Source: Catajapyx aquilonaris (lineage: Eukaryota). From it: a stretch of DNA of 46,726 nucleotides. A program made the position numbers and the translations under genes. Of this stretch, positions 12,501-23,000 are shown one piece after another (the stretch's first letter is position 1; the number at the start of each line of letters is the position of its first letter). The notes below the pieces were generated by a model. The model made no database searches and was not told where the DNA came from. It worked only from the letters and a program-made list of their open reading frames with translations. Location of the stretch: contig JYFJ02003096.1 of assembly GCA_000934665.2 (NCBI GenBank), positions 1 through 46,726 on the forward strand, written 5' to 3'.

Positions 12501-15500
12501 GTTCTATTTTAAATTATTATTGCATGAAAATTTAACAACTGGTGGCAGGGAAAATTAAAATTATTTTTACCCGAGAGACAATACTCACTCTAAACTTCTG
12601 CAGCCGATCCTCCATGACATCTACGTCAGTAACTATTGCTTCCTCTGAGATAAGGACTCCTTCAACATTATTCACCCAGTTCTTTAAAGCGTCCATGGCC
12701 TCCATAAACTTCCTGGGTGGCAGCTTGTCTGACGAGAGGAAGGATTCCAGCTTGACCAGCCTCACGGTCACGGCCTCCCATTTCCTCATGAAGCGTTCTG
12801 CATCGGACGACAAGTCAGATTCGTCAGACTTGGCCACAGGGCTTCCCGAGAGATCCATTGCTTTCTGACGCAACTTGGCCACACGGCCTTCGTGTCCTTT
12901 CAACGACTTGATCTTCACCTTCCATTGCTCAAGCTGCTGCCCGACATTCTCAGCGTGTAACATCCCTCCCTCCACGTTTTGCAGCCACTTCTCGTAGGCT
13001 TGCAGCACCGAGTCCAGATCAGACAGCTCGGAATAAAACTGCTTCTTTTCTTGCAGGTAGTCGATCCGCACTTTCCTCTCTTGTAGAGTCGAGTTGAGGC
13101 CATTCCAGCGCAGGTGAATGGCTTCCAGCTGCGTGCCCATCGTGGGATCACTGCACCCTTGCTGCATCATCCTGTGTCCTTCCTCCATGGCCCGCTCCAG
13201 CTCTTCCTTGTGTGACATTACCTCCGCTTCCATGTCCTCGTAGAGTATGAGTTGCTCATCCACACTGAGATCATCAAACGCACATCCGCCTTCGGGGCTG
13301 CTCAGGATGGATTCAGTGCGGCGAAAGAACGAGTCGAGTGAGTCCACAGCCGATGCGTAGTCTTCCTGCATAGCTTCAGTGCGACGCTTCTTCACATCAG
13401 ATTCGTCCAGGCTCTCTCGCCGATCTTTTGAGTCAGCTCCGAACTTGGCGAGCTGCAGAACAGGCTCATTAGTGCAAATAGATAACAAGTGTCAGAATTT
13501 GGGAACATTTCTCACCCTATGTGATTGCGCCTCCATGATTTGGATAAGGGCATCAGACCTGTCTTGCAGGGTTTCAATCTGCTGAATAATGGAAGCCTTG
13601 TTGGCCAGCTCCGGATCAAGACGTGTCAAAGTCTCATGAGCCTGATCCTGGAGGATTGTCAGTTGCTGGTTACGAACCTCCATCTCCTGCTGCAAAACCT
13701 AAAACAAACCAGTTACAATCTCTTTCACAGCGCACTCCATATGTGGCTCATACCTGCAGGAACTTGACGTGAGTGACAACCTGCTGGTGGTCCAAGGATG
13801 GCTTCCCTTCCATTTCCCTAAGCTCCGCTTCCCTTCCCTCGAGCCACCTCTTCACACCCTCCACCTCCTCGTTCAGTTCTCCCCACCTCGCAGCTCCTTC
13901 TTGGAGACGACCCCACCTCTCTTCCGTCCACCTGCAAGGATTCATCGTAAGCAAAATCATCCACACTTGAACGTGACTGCTACATAATCTCATGAATCAC
14001 TGACCTGCATATGTGAGCCCATCTCTCCCCGAGCGCTGCTAACTGATCCTCCATATTGGCATAGTCTCCCTCCGGACTATTCTCGTCCACTACGACCACC
14101 ATATTGGACAAGGCATTCACGACAGCCTGCTCCTCCTCCAAATCCTTCTGAAGCAGCTTGTGTTGTTCCACCTGCTCCCTCAGAGAGTCGAGCCCTTCCA
14201 GCTGGCTCACCGATGAAGCCATCTTGGAGATGCGGTCCTCTGTGAGTGTGAGCCAATCCCTGAGCCGCTCCAGTTGGGCATGCTGGAGCGACATGAGCCG
14301 TTCGTGAAGAGAAGACTGGCGTTCCATTGCTCTCACACGAAGCTGTTCCCACCTGCAAGGTTGTAGTTCGGAGAGTGTAAGATTTGGTTTGCAGCATACA
14401 GTTTGAAATTTTCCAATAATTCGACATTAGTCTGCCTCGTACCTAGTATTCAGCAAACGCATCTGCACCCTGACTTCTTCTTCTTCTTCCTCGCTCAGCA
14501 ACCCTTCGGATATAAGGTGTCCTCCTTCCTGCAAAACATCGCCAACGCCAGTCTGGTGACCGGTGAGCTCCAGCATGAAATTCTCATGGGAGTAGAACTG
14601 ATCCTTGACCCCCTCCAGGGACTCGGATATGGATGGCATTGAGGTCAGGCGGTCCTCAGCCTCCAGCAGCCAAGTGAGCACCTCCTCCATCACGGACTGG
14701 TATCCACTCAGGTCGACCGATCCAGTGGTTATGGTGCTGACTGGACGGGAGCTGCCCTCGCTCTGGGTCGTCAGGGAGAAGCACGCAACATAATCAGCGT
14801 GGAGGTCACCCTGCACAGATTTGCGGCCAAGTCAGCTGACACCCCCATGAAATCACGAGCATTTGCAACCTCATGCGAAATTTAGCCTGCACTTTTTTAA
14901 AAAAGGAGGCTGTATGCATGGAGTGAAAACCCTTGGCAGGTGGCCCCAATTAATTTACCTGGCATCAACAGGCTTTTTAGCCTTGCAGGATTTTTTTCTC
15001 CAAGATTTATTAGCACTCGAGATGAACTACTTTCATTAGCGGAATGATAGATTACAAGAATGTCTAAGTAAAGTGTATCCGAGAAAATCTGAAACGCAGG
15101 GAACTTCACTGTGTATTGGTCAGATTAATAATTATTTTTTACATGTCCAATCAATATTATTGCTGGAGATAAAAATTTATTATTTATAATAATCAACATG
15201 TGCATGTGTCTGGTATTTTCTTCCTGAATTCTGAGTGTCACCAAAGCTGACAAGCCGTAAACCCTCTGTGTTTAGGTATGTACACTAATTAGTTTCTATT
15301 CTAATTGCATAAAATGTACAGTAGCTACAGACAATTCAAAAAAAAAAAATACACTCAATGGCCTGGTACACACTGGCCAAGAACAAACCACACAAATTGT
15401 AACATTTTTGACAATTCCGTAATGAAATTAGCATGTAACAGAAGATACACACCTCGTTGAGGGAGACTTCGGTAAACTCTGCTCCTGGCGATGTCTGCAG

Positions 15501-17404
15501 ACTAGACTCGTCAGATGTCGGAGAGACTTCAGGGCTCTCTACAGGGTTGCCACATGGGGTTAAAACTTGGAAAAGGCACATCACATACATCATCACAGAC
15601 TTCTTGTCCGGAACTGGAGTGTTTACATCTGAAAGAAAACAATATTACATCTCGTATCAGCTCAACAAAGTTGCAAAACATTGGTTTGCACCTTTCCCAC
15701 ATTGTAACGCTAATAGCTGAAGGAAATGCGACCTACATATTTTCATGAATTTGCATTGTTATTGGCTATTTTAGATTCTCTCTTTACATAAGCTGCTCAA
15801 TTCCACACCTTCTGGATCCAGCAGCTTCTCTACCCTGAGCTCCGACTGCGCCACGTTAAAGGCATGTTCGAGCCTCTGATTGGCGTCCATTTGGCAGACG
15901 TCCTCCACATTGACCAAATGGGGCTTCCACCGGTGGATCAGGGCATTGAAGGCCAGGCCATCGGACCAAGAGGTTGTGAAGTTGCGCATGTCGACTCCAG
16001 GGAAGTGCTGCAAGTACAAAAACAACCAATTAATTAATTTGAGCATGCCAAGACTTTGTCCTACTCACTTTTGTGTGTTGCTGACACCATGCCAGAAGCG
16101 CCTTCTCCAGATTGGTCTGCTTCAAGTCTGCCATGAGCGCTTTCAACACTTCGTCGACCTGAAGAATAAAAACATTGTGCAACTTCCAACATACCTTGCA
16201 AATAAGCGTCTGGGACCCTCCATTACCTGCCAGTGAAGAATAATGCTCCAGACCAGCCCCAAAATAAGCTTGTGATTTCCATCCACAATGTCGTTGTTGT
16301 TTATATTCACCAGCCGGACCTGCCGATAGACGCATACCATGCGTAAGATACACAATTCCACGGAAAATCATGTTAGTTTTAATAAAGTCATGCAATGTTT
16401 AAATCTTGCCACATTGTTAATGGTAATATGACAATAATTGTTGCTGTAAGACTAAATTTGGGAATCCATTTAAAAGTGAAATTTGCATAATGCAGAAAAA
16501 CAAGAAAATGTAAGGACTTGTTACAGATGAACTCACTCCTTGCGGCTTGCGTAAAGAATTGAAGCCAAAATGTAATCCTACTGGTGTCGATATAAAATAC
16601 CGCTACGAAGGCCATAAAATGCCACTACTAGTATTGCAATCAACTATTGGCAACTTACGCTGTTCTGCTCCAATATTTGAAGAGCTTTGCTAACATTGTT
16701 CAGGTGATGAACTCTCATCCGACCTCTCTCCCTTTTCTGAAATTAAAATCAAGGAGATTAGTCCCTTGTCTACTAAGCTATTGCATGTGCAAGCAAGATT
16801 GATCCTCACATATTGGTTGCCCGTGAGGACCTCCAAAAGCATGAGGAGCTTGATCCCATCTCGGAGGTCGATGAACAAGTCGACTACCGGAGGTTGTCCA
16901 GTCTGAAAATTCACATTAATAATATATGTCATTTTGTACAGTACATGATACTTTATTCATTTGTAACATGCAATTTGCCCAGGTTATCCCACAATTGCAT
17001 ATAGCATTTTAATATTCAAATAGCTAGTCCTATCTGGGAATCTTAATCCAGTCCAAAGTAGCCCAAGGACCAAAGGCAATACAGGTAGTCAGACGTAAAT
17101 GTAAACAGTCTTCTTGTGTCAGACTCTTGGCACTTACAAGTTAGTCTTTTCAACAACCATGAGACATGCGGCTGAAGCAGTGCCGAAAGTCACTTGACTC
17201 AACTTTACTTGCAAAGTACTTGTCCTTTCGCAATGTCAGGGGCCAACCTAACTGCTACGTATAAAACTTGTGTACACTCCGACATAACATGGCCTTTCTC
17301 CAAAATTATGAGACACTCATAAATGTTCAAAAGCATAGTCACCTTGGCCAACTGGGCATTGATCCACTTGCCAAACGTTTTCTTCTGCACATCTTCCCTC
17401 TCAT
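391..17404 (-). CDS. Dys: Dystrophin, multi-exon CDS (28 exons, 5' part: CH1-CH2, hinge 1, spectrin repeats R1 to ~R17); continues beyond the left edge
   Basis: Hallmark motifs [136 protein letters not shown]. All 28 exons have AG/GT boundaries with matching phases (8014 nt in total). Confidence 0.97.
593..769 (-). CDS. Dys: Dystrophin exon, R17 first half (RWVRCQEQW...LTQWLAGAE...TTKH)
   Basis: ttccttccag|C...AG|gtaaag; 177 nt, phase 2->2. Confidence 0.9.
840..1287 (-). CDS. Dys: Dystrophin exon, R15-R16 (FSGLMTEAE...[16 protein letters not shown]...YMDRH)
   Basis: ttttag|GA...AG|gttggt; 448 nt, phase 1->2. Confidence 0.91.
1870..2506 (-). CDS. Dys: Dystrophin exon, linker plus R14-R15 (VLTSPTEKK...LISRGDTL...GRQEK)
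   Basis: ttttggcag|GTT...AAAG|gtaaga; 637 nt, phase 0->1. Confidence 0.9.
2680..2713. repeat. Perfect 16-bp tandem duplication (taacatttacgtgcgc x2)
   Basis: Direct reading; intronic. Confidence 0.9.
3058..4572 (-). CDS. Dys: Giant low-complexity (P/Q/S/T/E/D-rich) exon, 505 codons, phase 0/0, inside the dystrophin rod; probably alternatively used
   Basis: Pyrimidine tract then gtgcag|GAT; donor AAG|gtgggg; 1515 nt stop-free (ORF 3025..4719); phases match both flanking exons. Confidence 0.78.
3732..3835 (-). repeat. Coding minisatellites, 21-bp (EPQQQRV-like) x3 then 15-bp (EPQPE) x2-3
   Basis: Translation [34 protein letters not shown] within the giant exon. Confidence 0.85.
5825..5980 (-). 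CDS. Dys: Dystrophin exon, end of R13 ([10 protein letters not shown]...ITIRIQ)
   Basis: gtacag|AAT...CAG|gtaagg; 156 nt. Confidence 0.9.
6110..6256 (-). CDS. Dys: Dystrophin exon, start of R13 (ECTRSEG...LKDWLQEAD...AEKCK)
   Basis: ttttttcag|GAA...AAG|gtaagc; 147 nt. Confidence 0.92.
6336..6518 (-). CDS. Dys: Dystrophin exon, R12 (HSMEEFPAW...QKAIL)
   Basis: cttag|CAT...CTG|gtaaga; 183 nt. Confidence 0.88.
7100..7279 (-). CDS. Dys: Dystrophin exon, R11/R12 ([15 protein letters not shown]...LELIR)
   Basis: ccacag|TTG...CGG|gtgagt; 180 nt. Confidence 0.92.
7336..7653 (-). CDS. Dys: Dystrophin exon, R10/R11 ([20 protein letters not shown]...NLYNK)
   Basis: catgcag|AAA...AAG|gtactg; 318 nt; FQKP motif conserved with vertebrate dystrophin. 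Confidence 0.93.
7730..7858 (-). CDS. Dys: Dystrophin exon ([10 protein letters not shown]...[17 protein letters not shown])
   Basis: ctctcag|GGA...CAG|gtaagc; 129 nt. Confidence 0.92.
8047..8187. repeat. Degenerate inverted repeat (possible old MITE)
   Basis: agcggcttgcaaaaa (8047-8061) versus tttttgcaaaccgct (8173-8187), 14/15 complementary. Confidence 0.4.
8506..8667 (-). CDS. Dys: Dystrophin exon ([16 protein letters not shown]...DLPDEQQ)
   Basis: ttttgtag|GCT...CAG|gtttgt; 162 nt. Confidence 0.92.
9379..9594. repeat. Long near-perfect palindrome (foldback), centre at 9489
   Basis: 9418-9477 is the exact reverse complement of 9501-9560 (60 bp); pairing continues inward to gtacat-c-atgtac and outward with a 5-nt bulge and a few mismatches. 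Confidence 0.95.
10339..10491 (-). CDS. Dys: Dystrophin exon ([11 protein letters not shown]...QLSQQ)
   Basis: aacag|GAC...CAG|gtcaga; 153 nt. Confidence 0.92.
10569..11012 (-). CDS. Dys: Dystrophin exon, spectrin repeats ([12 protein letters not shown]...AEEISEELD)
   Basis: cattag|GTT...GAT|gtgagt; 444 nt. Confidence 0.93.
11154..11360 (-). CDS. Dys: Dystrophin exon, spectrin repeat ([13 protein letters not shown]...ASEK)
   Basis: ctgcag|GCT...AAG|gtcaga; 207 nt. Confidence 0.92.
12142..12471 (-). CDS. Dys: Dystrophin exon, spectrin repeats ([13 protein letters not shown]...QLEQSN)
   Basis: ttgcag|GAA...AAT|gtgagc; 330 nt. Confidence 0.93.
12589..13452 (-). CDS. Dys: Dystrophin exon, hinge 2 and following spectrin repeats
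   Basis: ctgcag|CTC...AGA|gtgagt; 864 nt open frame inside ORF 12532..13488. Confidence 0.93.
13516..13698 (-). CDS. Dys: Dystrophin exon, R3 (VLQQEMEVR...QSHR)
   Basis: ttttag|GTT...AGG|gtgaga; 183 nt. Confidence 0.9.
13754..13931 (-). CDS. Dys: Dystrophin exon, R2-R3 ([10 protein letters not shown]...VKFLQ)
   Basis: ttgcag|G...CAG|gtatga; 178 nt, phase 2->0. Confidence 0.93.
14005..14352 (-). CDS. Dys: Dystrophin exon, R1-R2 ([13 protein letters not shown]...[10 protein letters not shown]...RWAHIC)
   Basis: ttgcag|G...AG|gtcagt; 348 nt, phase 2->2. Confidence 0.94.
14443..14762 (-). CDS. Dys: Dystrophin exon, hinge 1 / spectrin repeat 1
   Basis: cccag|AGC...ACTAG|gtacga; [17 protein letters not shown]; 320 nt, phase 0->2. 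Confidence 0.92.
15453..15628 (-). CDS. Dys: Dystrophin exon, end of CH2 and hinge 1 ([23 protein letters not shown]...SLNE)
   Basis: tttctttcag|AT...GAG|gtgtgt; 176 nt, phase 1->0. Confidence 0.92.
15809..16007 (-). CDS. Dys: Dystrophin exon, CH2 ([20 protein letters not shown]...EKLLDPE)
   Basis: ttgcag|CAC...GAAG|gtgtgg; 199 nt, phase 0->1. Confidence 0.94.
16069..16158 (-). CDS. Dys: Dystrophin exon, start of CH2 ([30 protein letters not shown])
   Basis: ttcttcag|GTC...AAA|gtgagt; 90 nt. Confidence 0.94.
16227..16319 (-). CDS. Dys: Dystrophin exon, end of CH1 ([31 protein letters not shown])
   Basis: ggcag|GTC...CAG|gtaatg; 93 nt. Confidence 0.95.
16659..16736 (-). CDS. Dys: Dystrophin exon, CH1 ([26 protein letters not shown])
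   Basis: tttcag|AAA...AGC|gtaagt; 78 nt. Confidence 0.95.
16810..16902 (-). CDS. Dys: Dystrophin exon, CH1 ([16 protein letters not shown]...GNQY)
   Basis: ttttcag|ACT...TAT|gtgagg; 93 nt. Confidence 0.95.
17343..17404 (-). CDS. Dys: Dystrophin exon, start of CH1 ([21 protein letters not shown]), phase 1->0
   Basis: ttttcag|ATGAGAGG...GCCAAG|gtgact; 62 nt, same size and phase as human DMD exon 2. Confidence 0.96.
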
Positions 17405-18712
17405 CTGAAAAGCATAAAATGCCAATGTCAGTATATCATCATTCAAGTTTTAAACAAAAATTGTAGCAATCAATATTCCCTCTCCAAGTAATTGGACCGG
17501 GCTTGACATAATTAATTGTTGCGAATAGCGTGCATCATCAAGTACCTGCCAAGTGCCAAGTTCTTTTTTTTAATGTTGATACCTGCTGGAAGAAGTCCAC
17601 AGGAATTGTGAGACTCCTTCCAGGCCCCCAGACAACAAAAAAGCCCCAGTTTAAATGATGTGATGCACTTGGGACTTGGGCCAAGACGTTTCGACTGGGC
17701 CATTATTACAGGATATGAGCTAAGCTCCTTACACTTACACCCTGTAAATGACTCCCGAGCAGAGCTTCGCGTCATGAGCTCCTCTTAAAAACAGTGCAAA
17801 AACTCAAATGATAATGTGAAGAAATTTTTTCCAAGGTTCTTATCATTACAGAGTAAGGTAATTTAACTGTTAACTCTTTACAACAACAAAAAATACAATC
17901 TGCAAGTTTTTATGTCACTTGATCACCTTGCTAAGCCCTGCTCAATATTGCGAAATAACACTCCCGAGGGTTTATTTTCATCAATATTTTAATCGCAAAT
18001 TTCACGCCGTGGAAGATGAAACCCACAGACTTTGGCGCCACATGTGTCAGCATGTCCGGTCGTAAGGCTTCATGCGTCTGAAGGACATGAGAAAAATAAA
18101 TGCTTCAGTATATTTGACATTAATATTTTTTTGGGTCATCATTGTTTAACCCCCAGCAACTTGCGGCTGATGGGGTCAACAATCCGCAAATCTTTCGGAC
18201 TCTGGGTTTTTTGTCAGTAACTACTGATTTTGTTAAAAATTTAATTTAATTTTAAACCTCACTTGTTGGCCACTATTGTACGTAGCCAATTGTGACATGA
18301 CCAGCCGCAAAATTCCAACGATTTTGTAAGACGCTCCGCCAGTCAACACTGGTTACGACAATTTACAGCAGCAGGTTCAAAGTTCACATTGCAACTGAAA
18401 TCAGCACATTTTTTTTTCTTCTTCCAACGGACTGTTGTTCACCCCAGCAACCGGTTTAAACGAGAAGCAACCAGCCTTTCCTAACTGTGTTGCTGAGTGC
18501 AAACTCTTTGAACTTTTCGCAATGTACACAGCAAATCCACATTTATTCGCACTGCACTGTACTTGTTGCAAGTTGACCCACTTCCGTTTATGTACCTGGC
18601 TCAACACGTGTCCTCGCAAAAATTCCGAACCTCACTCCTCCTAGCAACCAGCACTAGCAACCTAGGACTCTCCTCCCGTTGATCGAAAGGAATGCGACGC
18701 ACAAAAAAATAC

Positions 18713-18731
18713 CTTCTGGTGGTTCCTCCAT
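18713..18731 (-). CDS. Dys: Candidate dystrophin first coding exon A (MEEPPE-D)
   Basis: CACC ATG GAG GAA CCA CCA GAA G|gtattt: good start context and a phase-1 donor matching the phase-1 acceptor at 17404. Confidence 0.55.
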
Positions 18732-20000
18732 GGTGACCCAGACATCCACAAGTGTTAGTGAAGCAACAGATTTTGAGTACGACGTAGACACTACTACTAG
18801 ATGAAGCAAGGCAGGACCCAACCCATTGTGAGTCTTGCTCGTCAACCAGCCAACCAACCAACCAACCCCAAGCTACAAAACTCTCCACTCGAGAGACCCC
18901 CACACAACCACCCCTACCTTTTTTTTCCCCTCTATNCCCCCCCCCCCCCCCCCAACAGCACAGCTGCCTCCTTCTTTTGTCACGTGACTTAGCCGCACCT
19001 CACCTGTCCACACATTATCCGCAACACACAGATAAAAAAGCAACTACAATTGAACAACAATTCCTCCGGATTGTTGAAGGTCAATTTGCGCATGGAATTT
19101 ATGTTGGCAACTCGCGGATTATGTTGGCAATGGATGATGGCCCAAAGTGGAAGATGCAATCTAGAGTTAAGTGTGGATCCAGATTCGTGGCCTGTAATTG
19201 GCAATTAGAGGACAATAAACGGATTTATGATGCGTACATTGCACTGACTGTTGAGTTGAGTGCATGTCTACAGAATAACGAGACAGAAAAATAGCTGTAG
19301 CTTATTCTAACAGGGTGCTGGCGTAAACAATTAAAATATACATATTTTAATTATTTTTAATAACTAATACCAGGTACATTTCTGTGTAATGTATTAGTTA
19401 CAGTGCTGTTTATGATTTCCAAGCATATACCTGTGGTAATACAAGTGCATGACAGGCAGGGAACAATGTCCTTTTGATCTGGTGACGTAAGAGGGTGTGT
19501 CATTATCGCACTTAATCCATCGTAATATTGCAATACACTGATTACCAGGCTATCGATCATCAAAAATGTATACATAAAGGTGCGATGTATATTATAAGAA
19601 AGCAGCCTCTTGAGAGAATAAAGGAAGCATAGAGCAACAGGTGTCTGGACAAAATTTTGCGCGCAATATGTTGCACAAGGCATCGACCTATTTTTTGGGG
19701 AATTTTTGGATAGGGGATTAGGACCACCAGGCTCTTTGGATATATCGATTCAGACAGGGAGGGCTTGATAGGATAGTCTGCCATAGTCCTTCGAAATTTG
19801 CACCATCCACGGCCACTCTTGATGCTCACTTATATACGGGTCGAATTTTTTTTTAAATATTGCAAACGAAATTATATCCGCACATAGACTACTAAACCAA
19901 TTATTCAGTAGCGTGTAAATAATTAGCTGCGCTGTCAGCCTAAATGATTGACAGTCCAAATGGTGTACCATAAATAATACAAGTAATTAATCAGAAAATA

Positions 20001-20097
20001 CAATGGGTGGAATTTTCGTCCCACTGCTAGTGTTGGGAATGGTTACTACTGTAGTTAGCATCAGTAACTAGCAGCGGGGCGAAAATTCCACCCATTG
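20001..20097. mobile_element. Short inverted-repeat element (MITE-like or hairpin), 97 bp
   Basis: caatgggtggaattttcgtcccactgctagt ... actagcagcggggcgaaaattccacccattg: 31-bp arms with 2 mismatches; no clear TSD. Confidence 0.7.
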
Positions 20098-23000
20098 CCA
20101 TTTCTTAGCTGCCTATAACCTGCAGGAAAACAATTTTGAAGTCCACAATTTGCATCCGAATATTTCGACTCCTTAGAATTCCTAGCTTGAAAAAAAGTGT
20201 GTACCTTTTGACACCACCCTGCGGTATATACATCCCCGCAGTTTAATCATTATACACCTTCCAGTAAACGAGAGCTAATTTAAAGATTAATGTCCTGAGA
20301 GTGTTCTTGGGGATGCGGATCGTCCCAGACAATCTCCAGAATGGCTCCCAATCGGAAGCACTACTCGAGCAATCAATCTGCGGTATCATCGCTTCCAATC
20401 CGGCAGACAACTAAGCCCCGTACGTACGAGACTGGAATAAGTTATGAGAAGCACATTCAGTGGCGTCACTGGGAAAGTGGCCTGGACCAGCTCTTTTTAC
20501 GCCTTATCTATGGGCAAACGGCGCGTTAAATGGTCGAACAAAAAGTGGTAAAAAAAGAAGAAGAAGAAGAGGGCATCAAACGAAAAGGGCCATTCGAGCT
20601 TTTCTATTTGCGATTGTGTGTACCTGACTCGTCTTTTATACATTATACGAATAGCAAGTGCTTTTTCGCCTGAGTTTTACACCGTGCACGAACCAACCAA
20701 ATGGCCGGGTCATTCTTTCGTAATTTCACGTGAACCTATAGGGACTCAAAGTGAGAACGTCTCATACTAATGAAGGTACTGTGGACGACAATGAAGGACA
20801 AACTTTGGGGTCGTTGTGGTTTGGAATATAGGTTAGATGTCATCGTCATTAATATTTATTCACCCTGCCCAAGATATTCTTTCCTGCATGTCGTACGATT
20901 CTTATAATTATTATGACCGTCGGAGCAGATGTATGCATCGTTGAAATTGCAATAAAATTGCAATATGGCTTCCCGGGAATGCCTTTCAACTCCGTACAAC
21001 TATAGAGCTTCAGATGAAATTACAGAACCCTGCATTCTTCCATTAAAGTGCTCCGTCAATATCGCACATACCTTTATAGCGTGCGAAATATTTTTTTGCT
21101 TTATTTGTCTGGCCTTATAGTGTATAGCTTGCTTATTGCAATATTGCGATGTCTATAGAGCTGGTCTAGAGTTTCAAATAGTGCATACAAGATGTTGAAA
21201 CTCGCTGTTTCAAGTAAGTAGAGATATTATCGCACTAATTGGTAATAGGCTAAAAATGTACTCGTTGTTAATATTAGGCCGAATCGAAGCTTTTCTCTCC
21301 CCAATACTGTAAATAATTTCCTAAATTAAGACATTAAAAACGACCTGTTAGGCCTTGCTGAATAAATTAAAATTATGCGAAATGTCCGATTACAAGTCAT
21401 GTGAGATGTAGACTCATTTTTCTGCAGCTTTTCAGCAAGCATAAAAAGAATCAAAACATTGTGACAAATGGTGACACTATCTCAATCCGATAAAAAACCG
21501 GCAAAATGCAGGGACAGCTGATTGAACTGATAATTCTTTCTCATTGTCACCTTATACAGTCCTTCTAATCGTTACCAGCCTTCAGGATGCTGCAATTAAG
21601 CCTAATATTTCAAACTGCTTAAAAGTAACCGCTTAATAATGAGAAGATTAGTGTCTAACCGAAACAATGGCTTTTGAAGCAACCTGTTTGTCCCATGGTG
21701 TAGAGCAGTAGACCAAAAGACAACTGACCTCTCATCCGGGCGATCCTCAAGGCCATAACAGGAGACATCTCTTCTCAGAGGCCAGCAGGGTCGACCCTCC
21801 CTTGTATCTAGTTCGATCCCTTTTGTCTGATTCACCCCTAAGAATGACTCAAAGCTCACTGATTGCTGACCCTTCACTAGTTAGGTCTCCCCCCTCTCAC
21901 ACACTAGTCACAACCCATTCTTATTATTGTGACCAGAAACCACCTCCGAGGCCAAATGCATTCAGGCCTGTCCATTTGCACACAACCGGAACTCCTCCAA
22001 CCCCATCACAGCCCCCCTTGAACTGGTGGACTGAGAGGAATTTTCTGCACAGAAGAGACTTCTTCTCTGACCAGTGGTCCCACAGACCTGTCTGACCTGA
22101 TTGCGTGCATATGAGACTCATTCCCTTGCATTTTGCCTGGGACCCAGGCTGGCCATCATTACCGCCTACACCATGGGAAAAATACCGAGGGTCGTATTTT
22201 TTACAGGTCGCAAAATGCAATAAAAAAAAAAAATCGGACGTGTTTGGCTGTAGTTCAAATGGTGAACGGCAGGTGGCGCACGTATATACTGTGTAGCCAC
22301 TAGAAATTCTGTGCAAAATTCCAGCAAACGTGAACATCAATGATTCCAATTTTGAGCTCGAATATTCCAGTTCCGCGACTTAACTGATTGTGACACAAGT
22401 TGCAAATTTCCGGACGGAGTTTAATGGTTAGAAAAAAAGAGGATCGATCCCATCTGCTGGGGTTGGTGGAACGAAAAAGTACTGAGCATATACCTTTCCT
22501 TTTTCCGGCGCACCACACCCTATCTTTTTGGGGATTTAAACTTGACTATAAATCTGGGTCCTCTAGGGTAATCTGGGTTCCTCTTTTTTTCCCCCAACTG
22601 AAATTCAGTGTTGCGAGAAGACGAATCAAAAGGCGCCTTCTCTCGATTACTGAATCCTTGTGTGATGCTGCGATGGGACTCGAATTTTTATTCAATTCCT
22701 ATAGCCTGACTCTTCCTGTATATCGACTAATGGAGAAGAACCGTTCTCTGGAAGCTGCCATCCTATTTCCCCCCTCCAAAATTCTCTTCCCAGAGATGTT
22801 TAATTTGGCGTCGACGGCGGCGTCAACTCTGGTCCTGGGAAAATTGGGGAGGAAACCACCGAAAAAAGCTTATCGGAGCGAAAATTGTTCCAGGGATGAC
22901 TTGAACTCTAATTTCCATCCAATGAAGGGTCGTCAGTCCAACTACCAGGCTTACAATCGAGATATGGCTTAAATTCAATGAGAAAGTGTGGGAGTATAGA

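Noticed and set aside
1821..14793. Plus-strand ORFs overlapping rod exons (e.g. 2127..2474, 10309..10791, 12542..12868)
   Set aside because: Ser-rich mirror frames expected opposite Glu/Gln/Leu-rich coding sequence.
391..17404. Alternative identity as utrophin, spectrin, alpha-actinin or nesprin/MSP300
   Set aside because: R1-R2 motifs ([15 protein letters not shown]), FQKP and the exon sizes are specific to the dystrophin family; the dystrophin/utrophin split is vertebrate, and this sequence looks invertebrate.
18936..18953. Poly-C/poly-G runs with an adjacent N (also 42669-42686 and 45442-45455)
   Set aside because: Homopolymers with an ambiguous base call; length unreliable, no function inferred.
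22400..22972. 190-aa plus-strand ORF
   Set aside because: Non-ATG start, runs through T-rich tracts, no recognisable domain or convincing exon boundaries.
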